A DNA stretch of 64,000 bases, from the NCBI GenBank assembly GCA_017480225.1, contig JAFVBB010000010.1, positions 120,748 through 184,747 on the forward strand, read 5' to 3'. This DNA comes from Bacteroidales bacterium (GTDB lineage: Bacteria > Bacteroidota > Bacteroidia > Bacteroidales > P3). Below are positions 44,523 to 52,673 of this stretch, one piece after another. The number at the start of each line of letters is the position of its first letter. Position 1 is the stretch's first letter. The notes beneath the pieces were generated by a model. It was not told the DNA's origin. It did not search any database and worked only from the letters and a program-made list of their open reading frames with translations. A program made the translations under genes and the position numbers.

Positions 44523-45557
44523 TCACACCTCCCAGGTGTCGCCGCTGTTCAGCAGGTCGTCCATGCACTTGTATTTGCCGGACTGCATCTGCTCTTCCAT
44601 CTGCTCCTCGTAGAGCTGTGTGTAGCTCACCTTTTTGACATTGCGTATCACGCCGAGAGCCACGGGAAGGTCGCCCCCCATGTGAGCCAGCATCATGTGT
44701 ATGCCAGTGTCCTCGGTGTCCTCGTGGTGCACCATGATGTCGTCGATGGTGATGCCATCCTGGCCAAGGGTGACAACCTCAAGCAGCCTGCCGTTGAAGC
44801 GCAAGCCTTTCTCCTTGTTCTTGCCGAAAAGCATAGGTTTTCCATGCTCGAGCACAATGGTGCGGTCGTCGCGCACTGCCCGGTCGGTGATGGCGGCGTG
44901 AGTCTTGTCGTTGAAGATTACGCAGTTCTGCAGCACCTCTACAACCGAGCATCCGTCGTGTTGGGCAGCGTGGGTCATGCACTCGGTGGTAAGCTGCGGC
45001 ACGCAGTCAAGTGTGCGCGCAAAGAATGTGCCCTGTGCTCCCATCACCAGCTCGCCCGGATTGAAGGGGTAGTCGATGGTTCCGAAAGGCGAGGTCTTGG
45101 TCACTTGGCCAAACTTGGTGGTTGGACTGTACTGCCCCTTGGTCAGACCGTAAATCTCGTTGTTGAAGATTGTGACGTTAAGGTCCTGGTTGCGGCGCAC
45201 AGCGTGTATCAGGTGGTTGCCACCGATGGCCATCGAGTCGCCGTCGCCCATGCTCACCCACACGCTCAGCTCGGGGTTGGCAAGCTTCACGCCGGTGGCG
45301 ATGGCTCAGGCACGTCCGTGGATGCTGTGGAAGCCGTAGGTGTCGACATAATAGGGTATACGGCTGGAGCAGCCAATGCCGCTGACCATGCATACATTCT
45401 CCTTCTTGTAGCCGGTCTTGGGGAAGGTGGCCAGCAAGGCGGCCAAAATGGCGTGGTCGCCGCAGCCCGGACACCACTTGACCATCTGGTCGCTGGTGAA
45501 GTCGGCTTTGGTATATTGCGTGTCCGTCTTTGGAACAAAATGCTTTTCCATTTTCAT
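44523..45557 (-). pseudogene. korB: 2-oxoacid:ferredoxin oxidoreductase beta subunit (KorB/OorB-like) interrupted by one in-frame TGA
   Basis: The two track ORFs (45306..45557 and 44523..45290) are in the same frame. The reading is ...[34 protein letters not shown]..., with the stop at 45306-45308. TPP-binding motif GDGD. Otherwise intact at 344 codons. Confidence 0.8.
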
Positions 45558-45592
45558 GCTGTATTGTAAGGACTATCTCGGTCGTGCCTCGT

Positions 45593-47431
45593 TTATCCCA
45601 ATAAACTGTTAAAGTGTTCTTTCAACTCACCAACCTCAAATGGCAGGCCCATCACCTTGTTGTACTGTGTCATGGCGCATTCGGGGAACTGCGAGCGCAG
45701 ATAGTTTGCGAACTGGCCGCTGTTAAGCTCGCACACCACTATCTTCTTGTAGCGGCGCAGCAGGTCGCCAGTGTTCTTTGGCAGGGGGCAGATGTAGTTG
45801 AAGTGGGTATAGGCCACCTTCTTGCCTTCATTATTCAACTCCTCAACCGCAAGGGTCAGCGCGCCGGCGGTTCCTCCCCAGCCCACCACTAGCAGTTCGG
45901 CATCGGGGTTGCCAGTAACAGTCTGGTCAGGTATATAGTTTGCCACACGGTTCACTTTTTCCTGACGGTTGCGTACCATGAGGGCGTGGTTCTCAGGGTC
46001 GGTGCTGAGATTGCCTTCAGGAGCCTTCTCCAGTCCACCCACGCGGTGGCGCAAGCCTTCCATGCCTGGCAACGCCCACTGCCGTGCGAAAGTCTCCGGG
46101 TCGCGTTTGAATGGACGGTATTCAGTGTCGCCAGGTGTGGCCAAACGAGGACTGATTGCCGGCATGTCGTCCATCTTCGGAATACGGAACAACTGGCTGC
46201 CGTTGCCGAGGTAACCGTCGGTGAGGAGAATCACCGGCGTCATATGTTCCAACGCCAGCTTTGCGGCCTCATAAGCCCAATAGAAGCAGTTGGCGCTGCT
46301 GCTGGCGGCCACCACCACAAGCGGAGCCTCACCATTGCGCCCATACAGAGCCTGCGCCAGGTCGCTTTGCTCGGTCTTGGTCGGAAGACCCGTCGACGGA
46401 CCGCCACGCTGCACATCGACAACAACAAGGGGCAGCTCTGTCATCACCGCCAAACCCAAAGCCTCGCTCTTGAGCGAGAGGCCGGGGCCGGACGTACTGG
46501 TGCAGGCCAGCGCCCCGGCATAGGAAGCACCGATGGCGGAGCATATGCCCGCAATCTCGTCTTCCGCCTGGAACACTCGCGCGCCAAGGCTTTTATGCTT
46601 GGCCAGTTCCACCATGATGTCGGTGGCCGGTGTGATGGGATACGAACCCAGGAAGAGCCTGCGTCCGCTCTTCTCCGACGCGGCCAGCAGACCCCAGGCC
46701 GTTGCCACATTGCCGGTGATGTTGCGGTAGCGGCCTTTTGCCATCTGGTCGGCCTTTGCCACCTCGACAATATGCGAGTGCATCACCTCCAGCTTGTCGG
46801 CATACTCATAACCCTCGGTGAGGACAGCCTTGTTCAGCTGCACCACCTGCGGCTTTTTCGCGAACTTGCGCTCCAAATATGCAAACGTGTGGTCGAGTGC
46901 TTTGTGAGTGGCGTAGAAAATGATGCCAAGGGCAAACATGTTGCGGCTCTTCTCGGCGGTTTTCTTGTCCACGCCGACAGCATCGCCAATCCTTGAGGTG
47001 AAGCTGGTTATCGGAGCCTTGATTATCGTGTAGGCGCGCTCGAACTCATCGGTGAATGGGTCGTCGGTGTAGCCTGCCTTCTGCAGTGCCTCCTCGGTGA
47101 AAGTGTCAATATCGACAATAACGGTGGCGCCACGCTTGGCCCACTTAAGGTTCGACTTGAACGAGGCGGGGTTCATTGCCACAAGGATGTCGCACTTGTC
47201 GCCGCTCGAGTAGATGTGGTTGCCCACATGCACCTGGTAGCCACTGACACCTGCAATGGTGTTGTGCGGAGCCCTAATTTCAGCAGGATAGTCGGGGAAA
47301 GTGGCAATATCATTGCCTGTCAGAGCCGACGCATCGCTGAACAAGGTGCCGCTGAGCTGCATACCGTCGCCACTGTCGCCGGCAAACCGCACCACAAGGT
47401 CTTCCTTATTTATTATCTGATTTTCTGACAT
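45593..47431 (-). CDS. korA: 2-oxoacid:ferredoxin oxidoreductase alpha subunit (KorA/OorA-like)
   Basis: Start MSENQIINKEDLVVRFAGDSGDGMQLSG. 612 aa fused gamma/alpha-type subunit. Confidence 0.85.
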   Translation of the reverse strand: MSENQIINKEDLVVRFAGDSGDGMQLSGTLFSDASALTGNDIATFPDYPAEIRAPHNTIAGVSGYQVHVGNHIYSSGDKCDILVAMNPASFKSNLKWAKRGATVIVDIDTFTEEALQKAGYTDDPFTDEFERAYTIIKAPITSFTSRIGDAVGVDKKTAEKSRNMFALGIIFYATHKALDHTFAYLERKFAKKPQVVQLNKAVLTEGYEYADKLEVMHSHIVEVAKADQMAKGRYRNITGNVATAWGLLAASEKSGRRLFLGSYPITPATDIMVELAKHKSLGARVFQAEDEIAGICSAIGASYAGALACTSTSGPGLSLKSEALGLAVMTELPLVVVDVQRGGPSTGLPTKTEQSDLAQALYGRNGEAPLVVVAASSSANCFYWAYEAAKLALEHMTPVILLTDGYLGNGSQLFRIPKMDDMPAISPRLATPGDTEYRPFKRDPETFARQWALPGMEGLRHRVGGLEKAPEGNLSTDPENHALMVRNRQEKVNRVANYIPDQTVTGNPDAELLVVGWGGTAGALTLAVEELNNEGKKVAYTHFNYICPLPKNTGDLLRRYKKIVVCELNSGQFANYLRSQFPECAMTQYNKVMGLPFEVGELKEHFNSLLG

Positions 47432-47474
47432 GTTATAGCGTTGTTTGTATATTTGCCTGTTTACATTTTGCGCG

Positions 47475-47482
47475 GCAAAGGT
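47475..47482 (-). promoter_or_regulatory. -7 box TACCTTTG (minus strand) for korAB
   Basis: The reverse complement of CAAAGGTA matches TAnnTTTG, 44 nt upstream of the korA start. Confidence 0.4.
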
Positions 47483-47528
47483 AGCAAAAAAAAAGCACCC
47501 GACCAAATAATTCTTTCATCCCAAGCCG

Positions 47529-48248
47529 TCAGCGGCTGGCACCGCTCCCGGATGGCAGATGATTACACGCCTCCAGTTGGCATCCCAACACGGTCAAATC
47601 ACACCCATCCACACAGAAACTCACCTCGTATCCGCCGAATGGGATGATATAACGGCGCGACGGCGACGACTGGTAGTGCGGCCTGGGGTCGAGTGCCAAC
47701 GCCTGCCGCAGCGCCCCACGCAGGGCATCGGGCATTGCGTCAAGGCAGCCTCCAGGGTCGCAGACATTGAGTGTCGGCAGTGGCGCGCACTGCGCATAAC
47801 CGCACCGTGCCTCAGCATGTGCGTCGGCGTAGGCCACGTATGGCTTGATGTCGAGTATCGGTGTGCCGTTCACCATGTCGGCACCGGCCACCACAAGCAC
47901 AGTCCCCTCCCCTTCCGTACGCCTAACTTCGAGCAATTTCACGCAGGAGAGGCCTATAGGGTTCGGGCGGAACGGACTGCGGGTGGCGAAGACGCCAAGA
48001 CGACGGTTGCCGCCGAGGCGCGGAGGGCGCACGGTAGGCCTCCAGCCGTCTGCGGCAGCCTCGACGCGGTCGAAGAGCCATATCAACCAGAGATAATCAA
48101 ACTCCTCGATGCCGCGCAACGCCTCGTTCACACGGAAGCGAGGCTCGAACACCACACGCGACTCGTGGTCGGCAAGCCCGGCCTGCCGGGGCACTCCGAA
48201 CTTCTCGTCAAATGGCGTGACGATGTGCGCAATGGGCACAAAATCCAT
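47529..48248 (-). CDS. trmO: tRNA (t6A37-N6)-methyltransferase TrmO (TsaA/YaeB family)
   Basis: IAHIVTPFDEKFGVPRQAGL ... RSPFRPNPIGLSCVKL ... GTPILDIKPY. Confidence 0.8.
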   Translation of the reverse strand: MDFVPIAHIVTPFDEKFGVPRQAGLADHESRVVFEPRFRVNEALRGIEEFDYLWLIWLFDRVEAAADGWRPTVRPPRLGGNRRLGVFATRSPFRPNPIGLSCVKLLEVRRTEGEGTVLVVAGADMVNGTPILDIKPYVAYADAHAEARCGYAQCAPLPTLNVCDPGGCLDAMPDALRGALRQALALDPRPHYQSSPSRRYIIPFGGYEVSFCVDGCDLTVLGCQLEACNHLPSGSGASR

Positions 48249-48260
48249 CGCTGCGCAAGC

Positions 48261-49277
48261 TTACCCACGGCTTTGCCACACGGCGTCGAAGTCAGCCTTG
48301 TTGCGGCGCAGAAGCACCGGAATGTCGAGGCTGTATGGACACCGAGTCTTGCAGAGGCCGCAGTCCACGCAATCGTCAATCCTTGCCATGGCCGCCGCCC
48401 ACTCGTCGGTGACGTACACGCTGTGCGGAGCGCGCTGCAGGAAAAGGCTCATGCGGTTGCAGTCGTGTATCTGTATGCCCACAGTGCAGGGCTCGCAGTA
48501 GCCGCACCCACGGCAGAAATCGCCGCCCAGCTGGCGGCGGTCGTTGTCAATCACGGCCATCAAGCTGTCGTCGAGCGCCGGAGGATTGTCTTGGTACGAC
48601 AGCCACTCGTCAAGCTCGCTCTCTTTCTGTATGCCCCATATGGGAGCCACGTCGTACTGCGCCAGCCAGGCGTAGGCCGCGGCCGAGTGGGTGATGAGGC
48701 CTCCGCTCAGGCCCTTCATGCAGATGAACCCCATGCCGGCCTCCAGCGTGCGCCGCACTATGTCGTGGTCGGCTTCGGATGCCAGATAACTGAATGGGTA
48801 CTGCATCGTCTCGTACAGGCCGCTCTCTATGGCCTGCAAGGCCACCTTCTGGCGGTGGTTGGTTATGCCGACATGGCGCACCTTGCCCTGACGCACAGCC
48901 TCCTGCATGGCCTCGTACAGGCCGCTGCCGTCGCCCGGCAACGGGCAGAAGGCCGGGTTGTGGAACTGGTAGAGGTCCACATAGTCGGTGCGCAGCTCGC
49001 GCAGGCTGGTCTCCAAATCGCGCCAGAATCCATCGGCGGTGGTGGCTCCGGTCTTTGTGCTGATAATCACCTCTGCGCGACGACCCTCAAGGGCCATGCC
49101 GAGCTTGGCCTCGCTGTCTGTGTAGAAGCGGGCGGTGTCGAAATAGTACATGCCGCCATCGAGGGCGCGCCTCACCAGCCGCACGGCGGCCTCGTCGCTG
49201 ATGCGCTGTATGGGCAGGGCGCCAAATCCGTTGCGCGGCACCACAAGGCCGCTCTTTCCAAGTGTTACTGTCTGCAT
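48261..49277 (-). CDS. Aldo/keto reductase with a C-terminal 4Fe-4S cluster-binding domain
   Basis: N-terminal AKR motifs (GFGALPIQR, YFDTARFY) and C-terminal CRGCGYCEPC ... CVDCGLCKTRCP. Confidence 0.8.
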   Translation of the reverse strand: MQTVTLGKSGLVVPRNGFGALPIQRISDEAAVRLVRRALDGGMYYFDTARFYTDSEAKLGMALEGRRAEVIISTKTGATTADGFWRDLETSLRELRTDYVDLYQFHNPAFCPLPGDGSGLYEAMQEAVRQGKVRHVGITNHRQKVALQAIESGLYETMQYPFSYLASEADHDIVRRTLEAGMGFICMKGLSGGLITHSAAAYAWLAQYDVAPIWGIQKESELDEWLSYQDNPPALDDSLMAVIDNDRRQLGGDFCRGCGYCEPCTVGIQIHDCNRMSLFLQRAPHSVYVTDEWAAAMARIDDCVDCGLCKTRCPYSLDIPVLLRRNKADFDAVWQSRG

Positions 49278-50296
49278 AGTTCCTCTTTCAAAGCATTGAC
49301 AAATCCTTCTATGTCGCTCTCCTGCGTATCAAACGAGCACATCCACCGCACCACGTCGCGATCCTCGTCCCAGTCGTAGAAGAAGTAGCGCTGCTGCAGC
49401 CGGTGCCACACCTCGCGCGGCAGTTGAGCAAAGACACTGTTGGCCTGCACAGGGTAGACGATGCTCACACCCTCTATGCGCTCCACCTCCTTGCGCAGCA
49501 GTTGCGCCATGCGGTTGCTGTGCTCGGCGTTTCTCTTCCACATGCCGCTTTCCAGGTAGCAGAGCATCTGCGCCGACACGAAGCGCATCTTGCTGCCAAG
49601 CTGGGTCATCTGCTTGCGGCGGTACTTCATGTCCACGTCAAGTGCCGGGTTGAGCAGAACGCAGCATTCGCCCATGATGAGGCCGTTCTTCGTGCCGCCG
49701 AGGCTCAACGCGTCAACTCCACAGTCGGTGGTCATCTGCCTGAACGTGCAGCCAAGCGCCACAGCCGCGTTGGCCAGGCGTGCGCCGTCGACGTGCAGGT
49801 ACATGCCATGCCCGTGGGCCAGCGCGGCCAGCGCCTGTATCTCCTGCAACGTGTAGAGGGTGCCCAGCTCGGTGGGCTGGCTGATGCTTATGGCCTTGGG
49901 CTGCGAGTGGTGCTCGAAGCCAAAGCCGTGCAGGCGCGTGCGCACCAAGTCTGGGGTGAGCTTGCCGTCAGGCGTGTCTACCGTGAGCAGACGGCAGCCG
50001 ACCACGCGCTGCGGCGCGCCGCACTCGTCAACATTGATATGGGCTGTCTCGGCGCACACCACAGCCTCGTGCGAGCGGCACATGGCGTCGATGCAGAGCA
50101 CATTGGCCCCTGTGCCGTTGAACACCGGGTAGACTTCAGCCTGCTGTCCGAAGGTATCTTTGATTGCCCCACGGAGCCTGACGGTCAGCTCGTCGTCGCC
50201 ATAGGCCAGGTCGTGCCCGCTGTTGGCCGCCTGCAGGGCCTCCAGCACCTCGGGGCTGAACCCCGAGTGGTTGTCGCTTCCAAATCCTCGTTTCAT
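49265..50296 (-). CDS. ltaE: Low-specificity L-threonine aldolase
   Basis: FGSDNHSG, VFNGTGANV, HVDGARLANA, SLGGTKNG (PLP lysine). Confidence 0.8.
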   Translation of the reverse strand: MKRGFGSDNHSGFSPEVLEALQAANSGHDLAYGDDELTVRLRGAIKDTFGQQAEVYPVFNGTGANVLCIDAMCRSHEAVVCAETAHINVDECGAPQRVVGCRLLTVDTPDGKLTPDLVRTRLHGFGFEHHSQPKAISISQPTELGTLYTLQEIQALAALAHGHGMYLHVDGARLANAAVALGCTFRQMTTDCGVDALSLGGTKNGLIMGECCVLLNPALDVDMKYRRKQMTQLGSKMRFVSAQMLCYLESGMWKRNAEHSNRMAQLLRKEVERIEGVSIVYPVQANSVFAQLPREVWHRLQQRYFFYDWDEDRDVVRWMCSFDTQESDIEGFVNALKEELCRQ

Positions 50297-50390
50297 ATTG
50301 ATGGGTTAGATGCTGGTTGTATGTATAAACTACCTATGGCGGCAACATCCCTGCTGCCGCCACAGGCGGGACTTCGCCGTGGAGCGTGGC

Positions 50391-50513
50391 CTACTCTGCC
50401 ACCTCGGCCATGGCCACCGACCCACGGTAGGCCGGGCATGTGTGGTGCGTGCAACTGGCTGCGCAGAGGCACACTATTGCCACCACCAGCACGGACAAAA
50501 CTTTCTTCTTCAT
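50391..50513 (-). CDS. 40-aa lipoprotein (below the ORF-track size cutoff)
   Basis: Hand translation gives MKKKVLSVLVVAIVCLCAASCTHHTCPAYRGSVAMAEVAE. It has a signal peptide and a lipobox. The ATG lies 2 nt after the ftcD stop. Confidence 0.45.
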   Translation of the reverse strand: MKKKVLSVLVVAIVCLCAASCTHHTCPAYRGSVAMAEVAE

Positions 50514-50515
50514 TG

Positions 50516-52213
50516 CTACAAAGCTATTTTTTCATTTACAATCTTCAATATCTGCTGCTCTTTGCGCACAGCCTCGTCCTCTATGGCCTGGGCGCGGGCA
50601 AGGATGTCGGCCTTGAAGGCTTCGTCCTTGAGCGACGAGGCATTGATCTTCACGTTGAGGTGGGCGCCCATCACGGCCGAGCGGGCGGCCAGGGCTCCCA
50701 CACCGCCGTCGGTGACGCTGGCCGGGTTGCCCCATTCCACCATGGCCTGACACACATCAAACGCCTCCAGGCTCTTCTGCATGGTGCGGAAAGGCACCTC
50801 GGTGGCGAAGCGCGTGGCCTCCTGGATGGCTGCCGTGCGGGCGGACTTCTCGTCGTCGGTCTTCTTTGGCAGGCCGAAGGCTGCCATTATCCGGTTGAAC
50901 GCGGCGGTGTCCTCGTCGACCAGGTGGAGCAGCTCCTCCTTCAGTTGCTGGCCCATAACGGCCACCTCGCTGAACTTCTCCCACTCGTCGTCGTAGGCGG
51001 CCTTGCCGCCGGTGAGGTTGGCCACCATGGTGCCCAGACTGGCGGCGAGGGCGCCCATGTAGGCGCTCACAGAGCCACCGCCGGGGGCGGGGCTCTCGCT
51101 GGCCGTCTCGTCGCAGAAGCCACGGCAGGTGAGGTCGACCAGTTTCTTCTTCGAGTGGTCCTCGATGAGGAACTCGATGACCTTCTCCTTCGGGTCGAAG
51201 GGCTTGAGGTCGTCGAGACCCATGCTCTTGATGGCCACTTTCATTATCTCGTCCTCACTCACACCCAGCGAGCGCTGCTGCTTGGCCAGGTAGTACTTGC
51301 CGGCGTCGATGAGCACACTCTTCGGGATGAGGCCCACTATCTCGCAGCCGGTGACGCGCAGGCCGCGGTTGGCCGCGCAGCGGCACACCTCGTCGAAGCA
51401 GAGGTGCACCGGCGCCACCTTGATGGAGGTGATGTTCATAGACACCTGCGCAATGCCGTAGTCCTCTATGTACCAACCGATGGCCTTGGTGCCCTTGAGG
51501 GTGCCGGGGATCATGATGGGCTTGCCGTTCTCGTCCTTCATGGGCTTGCCGGAGGGCTTGCCGCCCTCGCGCATCGGACGGCCCTTCTCGCGCACGTCGA
51601 AAGCAATGGCGTTGGCGCGGCGGGTGCTGGTGGTGTTGAGGTTGTAGTTGATGGCCACCAGGAAGTCGCGTGCGCCAACCTGAGTGGCGCCGGTGCGGGC
51701 GGTGTGCCCGTTCCATGCGTTGGGGCCGAAGTCGGGACGCCACTGCTCGGTGCCGAGGCGCGAGGAAAGGCTCTCGTACTCGCCTGTGCGGCAATAGGCC
51801 AGGTTGCGACGCTCGGGCAGGAAGGCGGCGTTCTCGTAGCAATAGACGGGCACTTGCAGCTCGTCGCCGATGCGCTTGCCCAGGCGGTGGGCATACTCCA
51901 CCACCTCGTCCATCGTGATGCCTGCCACCGGTATGAGCGGGCACACGTCGGTGGCACCCTGGCGCGGATGGGCGCCGTGGTGCTGCGTCATGTCAATCAG
52001 CTCGGCGGCCTTGCGCACCACCTGGAAGGCAGCCTCAAGCACAGGCTCGGGCTCGCCCACGAAGGTAATCACGGTGCGGTTGGTGGTTTGGCCGGGATCT
52101 ACGTCGAGGAACTTCACGCCCTCCACCTTTTCAATCTCGGCCGTGACCTGGTTGATAATATCCATGTTGCGGCCTTCACTTATATTAGGCACACATTCAA
52201 TCAGTTGTTTCAT
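50516..52213 (-). CDS. ftcD: Bifunctional glutamate formimidoyltransferase / formimidoyltetrahydrofolate cyclodeaminase
   Basis: MKQLIECVPNISEGRN... transferase domain and a C-terminal cyclodeaminase motif SPAPGGGSVSAYMGALAASL. Confidence 0.85.
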   Translation of the reverse strand: MKQLIECVPNISEGRNMDIINQVTAEIEKVEGVKFLDVDPGQTTNRTVITFVGEPEPVLEAAFQVVRKAAELIDMTQHHGAHPRQGATDVCPLIPVAGITMDEVVEYAHRLGKRIGDELQVPVYCYENAAFLPERRNLAYCRTGEYESLSSRLGTEQWRPDFGPNAWNGHTARTGATQVGARDFLVAINYNLNTTSTRRANAIAFDVREKGRPMREGGKPSGKPMKDENGKPIMIPGTLKGTKAIGWYIEDYGIAQVSMNITSIKVAPVHLCFDEVCRCAANRGLRVTGCEIVGLIPKSVLIDAGKYYLAKQQRSLGVSEDEIMKVAIKSMGLDDLKPFDPKEKVIEFLIEDHSKKKLVDLTCRGFCDETASESPAPGGGSVSAYMGALAASLGTMVANLTGGKAAYDDEWEKFSEVAVMGQQLKEELLHLVDEDTAAFNRIMAAFGLPKKTDDEKSARTAAIQEATRFATEVPFRTMQKSLEAFDVCQAMVEWGNPASVTDGGVGALAARSAVMGAHLNVKINASSLKDEAFKADILARAQAIEDEAVRKEQQILKIVNEKIAL

Positions 52214-52236
52214 TGCATTCGGGTTTTATTCTGCTG

Positions 52237-52244
52237 CAAATATA
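52237..52244 (-). promoter_or_regulatory. -7 box TATATTTG (minus strand) for ftcD
   Basis: The reverse complement of CAAATATA matches TAnnTTTG, 24 nt upstream of the ftcD start. Confidence 0.45.
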
Positions 52245-52459
52245 CGCAAAAAAAACGACCTGCGCGAAAATCACGAAAAAAAGTGCCGCCAGGTATCCTG
52301 GGGCTGCCACCCACCCCTCTGCCTACAGCCACGACATCCTCGCGGCCAACCACACGAATAGTGCGGACTATGCACTCATAATCAGCGATATACACAAAAA
52401 CAATAGCAGGGGGTAATACCTCATTACATAAAACACTGATAACCAGCATTAAGACCAGA

Positions 52460-52494
52460 CCAACTCCTACTCAACTCCTACTCATCGCCTACCC
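52460..52494 (-). repeat. 11-bp-periodic array (reverse complement GGGTAGGCGAT-GAGTAGGAGTT-GAGTAGGAGTT-GG)
   Basis: Inverted homolog of 21778-21812. It is flanked by CTGATAACCAG (52436-52446) and GCAGGGGGTAAT (52407-52418), as in the other copy. Confidence 0.8.
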
Positions 52495-52653
52495 AACTAC
52501 TATTCATGCCTTACTTGAGTAGGAGATGACAAGTAGATGTGCAGTTGCTGACAATTTGTTGACACGGCGAAATCACCTGCCAACCTGGGCGCCTGGCTGG
52601 CGGCCCGGCAGAAAAAAAGCGCGCGCACCGGCTCACGATTGAGTTTTTATTTG

Positions 52654-52661
52654 TATATTTG
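52654..52661 (+). promoter_or_regulatory. -7 box TATATTTG
   Basis: Matches TAnnTTTG, 13 nt upstream of ATG 52674. Confidence 0.45.
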
Positions 52662-52673
52662 CACTTGAAATCA

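Noticed and set aside
45306-45308. TGA in korB as a recoded codon (selenocysteine, or genetic code 4/25)
   Set aside because: TGA terminates many well-defined genes here, including numerous ATGA overlaps. The position is not a known Sec site, and I saw no obvious SECIS-like hairpin immediately downstream.
47559-49379. 606-aa plus-strand ORF
   Set aside because: It is antisense to trmO and the Fe-S aldo/keto reductase, both of which carry diagnostic motifs.
49403-52381. 992-aa ORF on the plus strand, the longest non-annotated ORF in the track
   Set aside because: It lies entirely antisense to ltaE, the small lipoprotein gene and ftcD, which have clear family motifs. Its composition is Ala/Gly/Arg/Leu/His-rich with no recognisable domains. 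This is a typical stop-poor shadow frame in GC-rich DNA.
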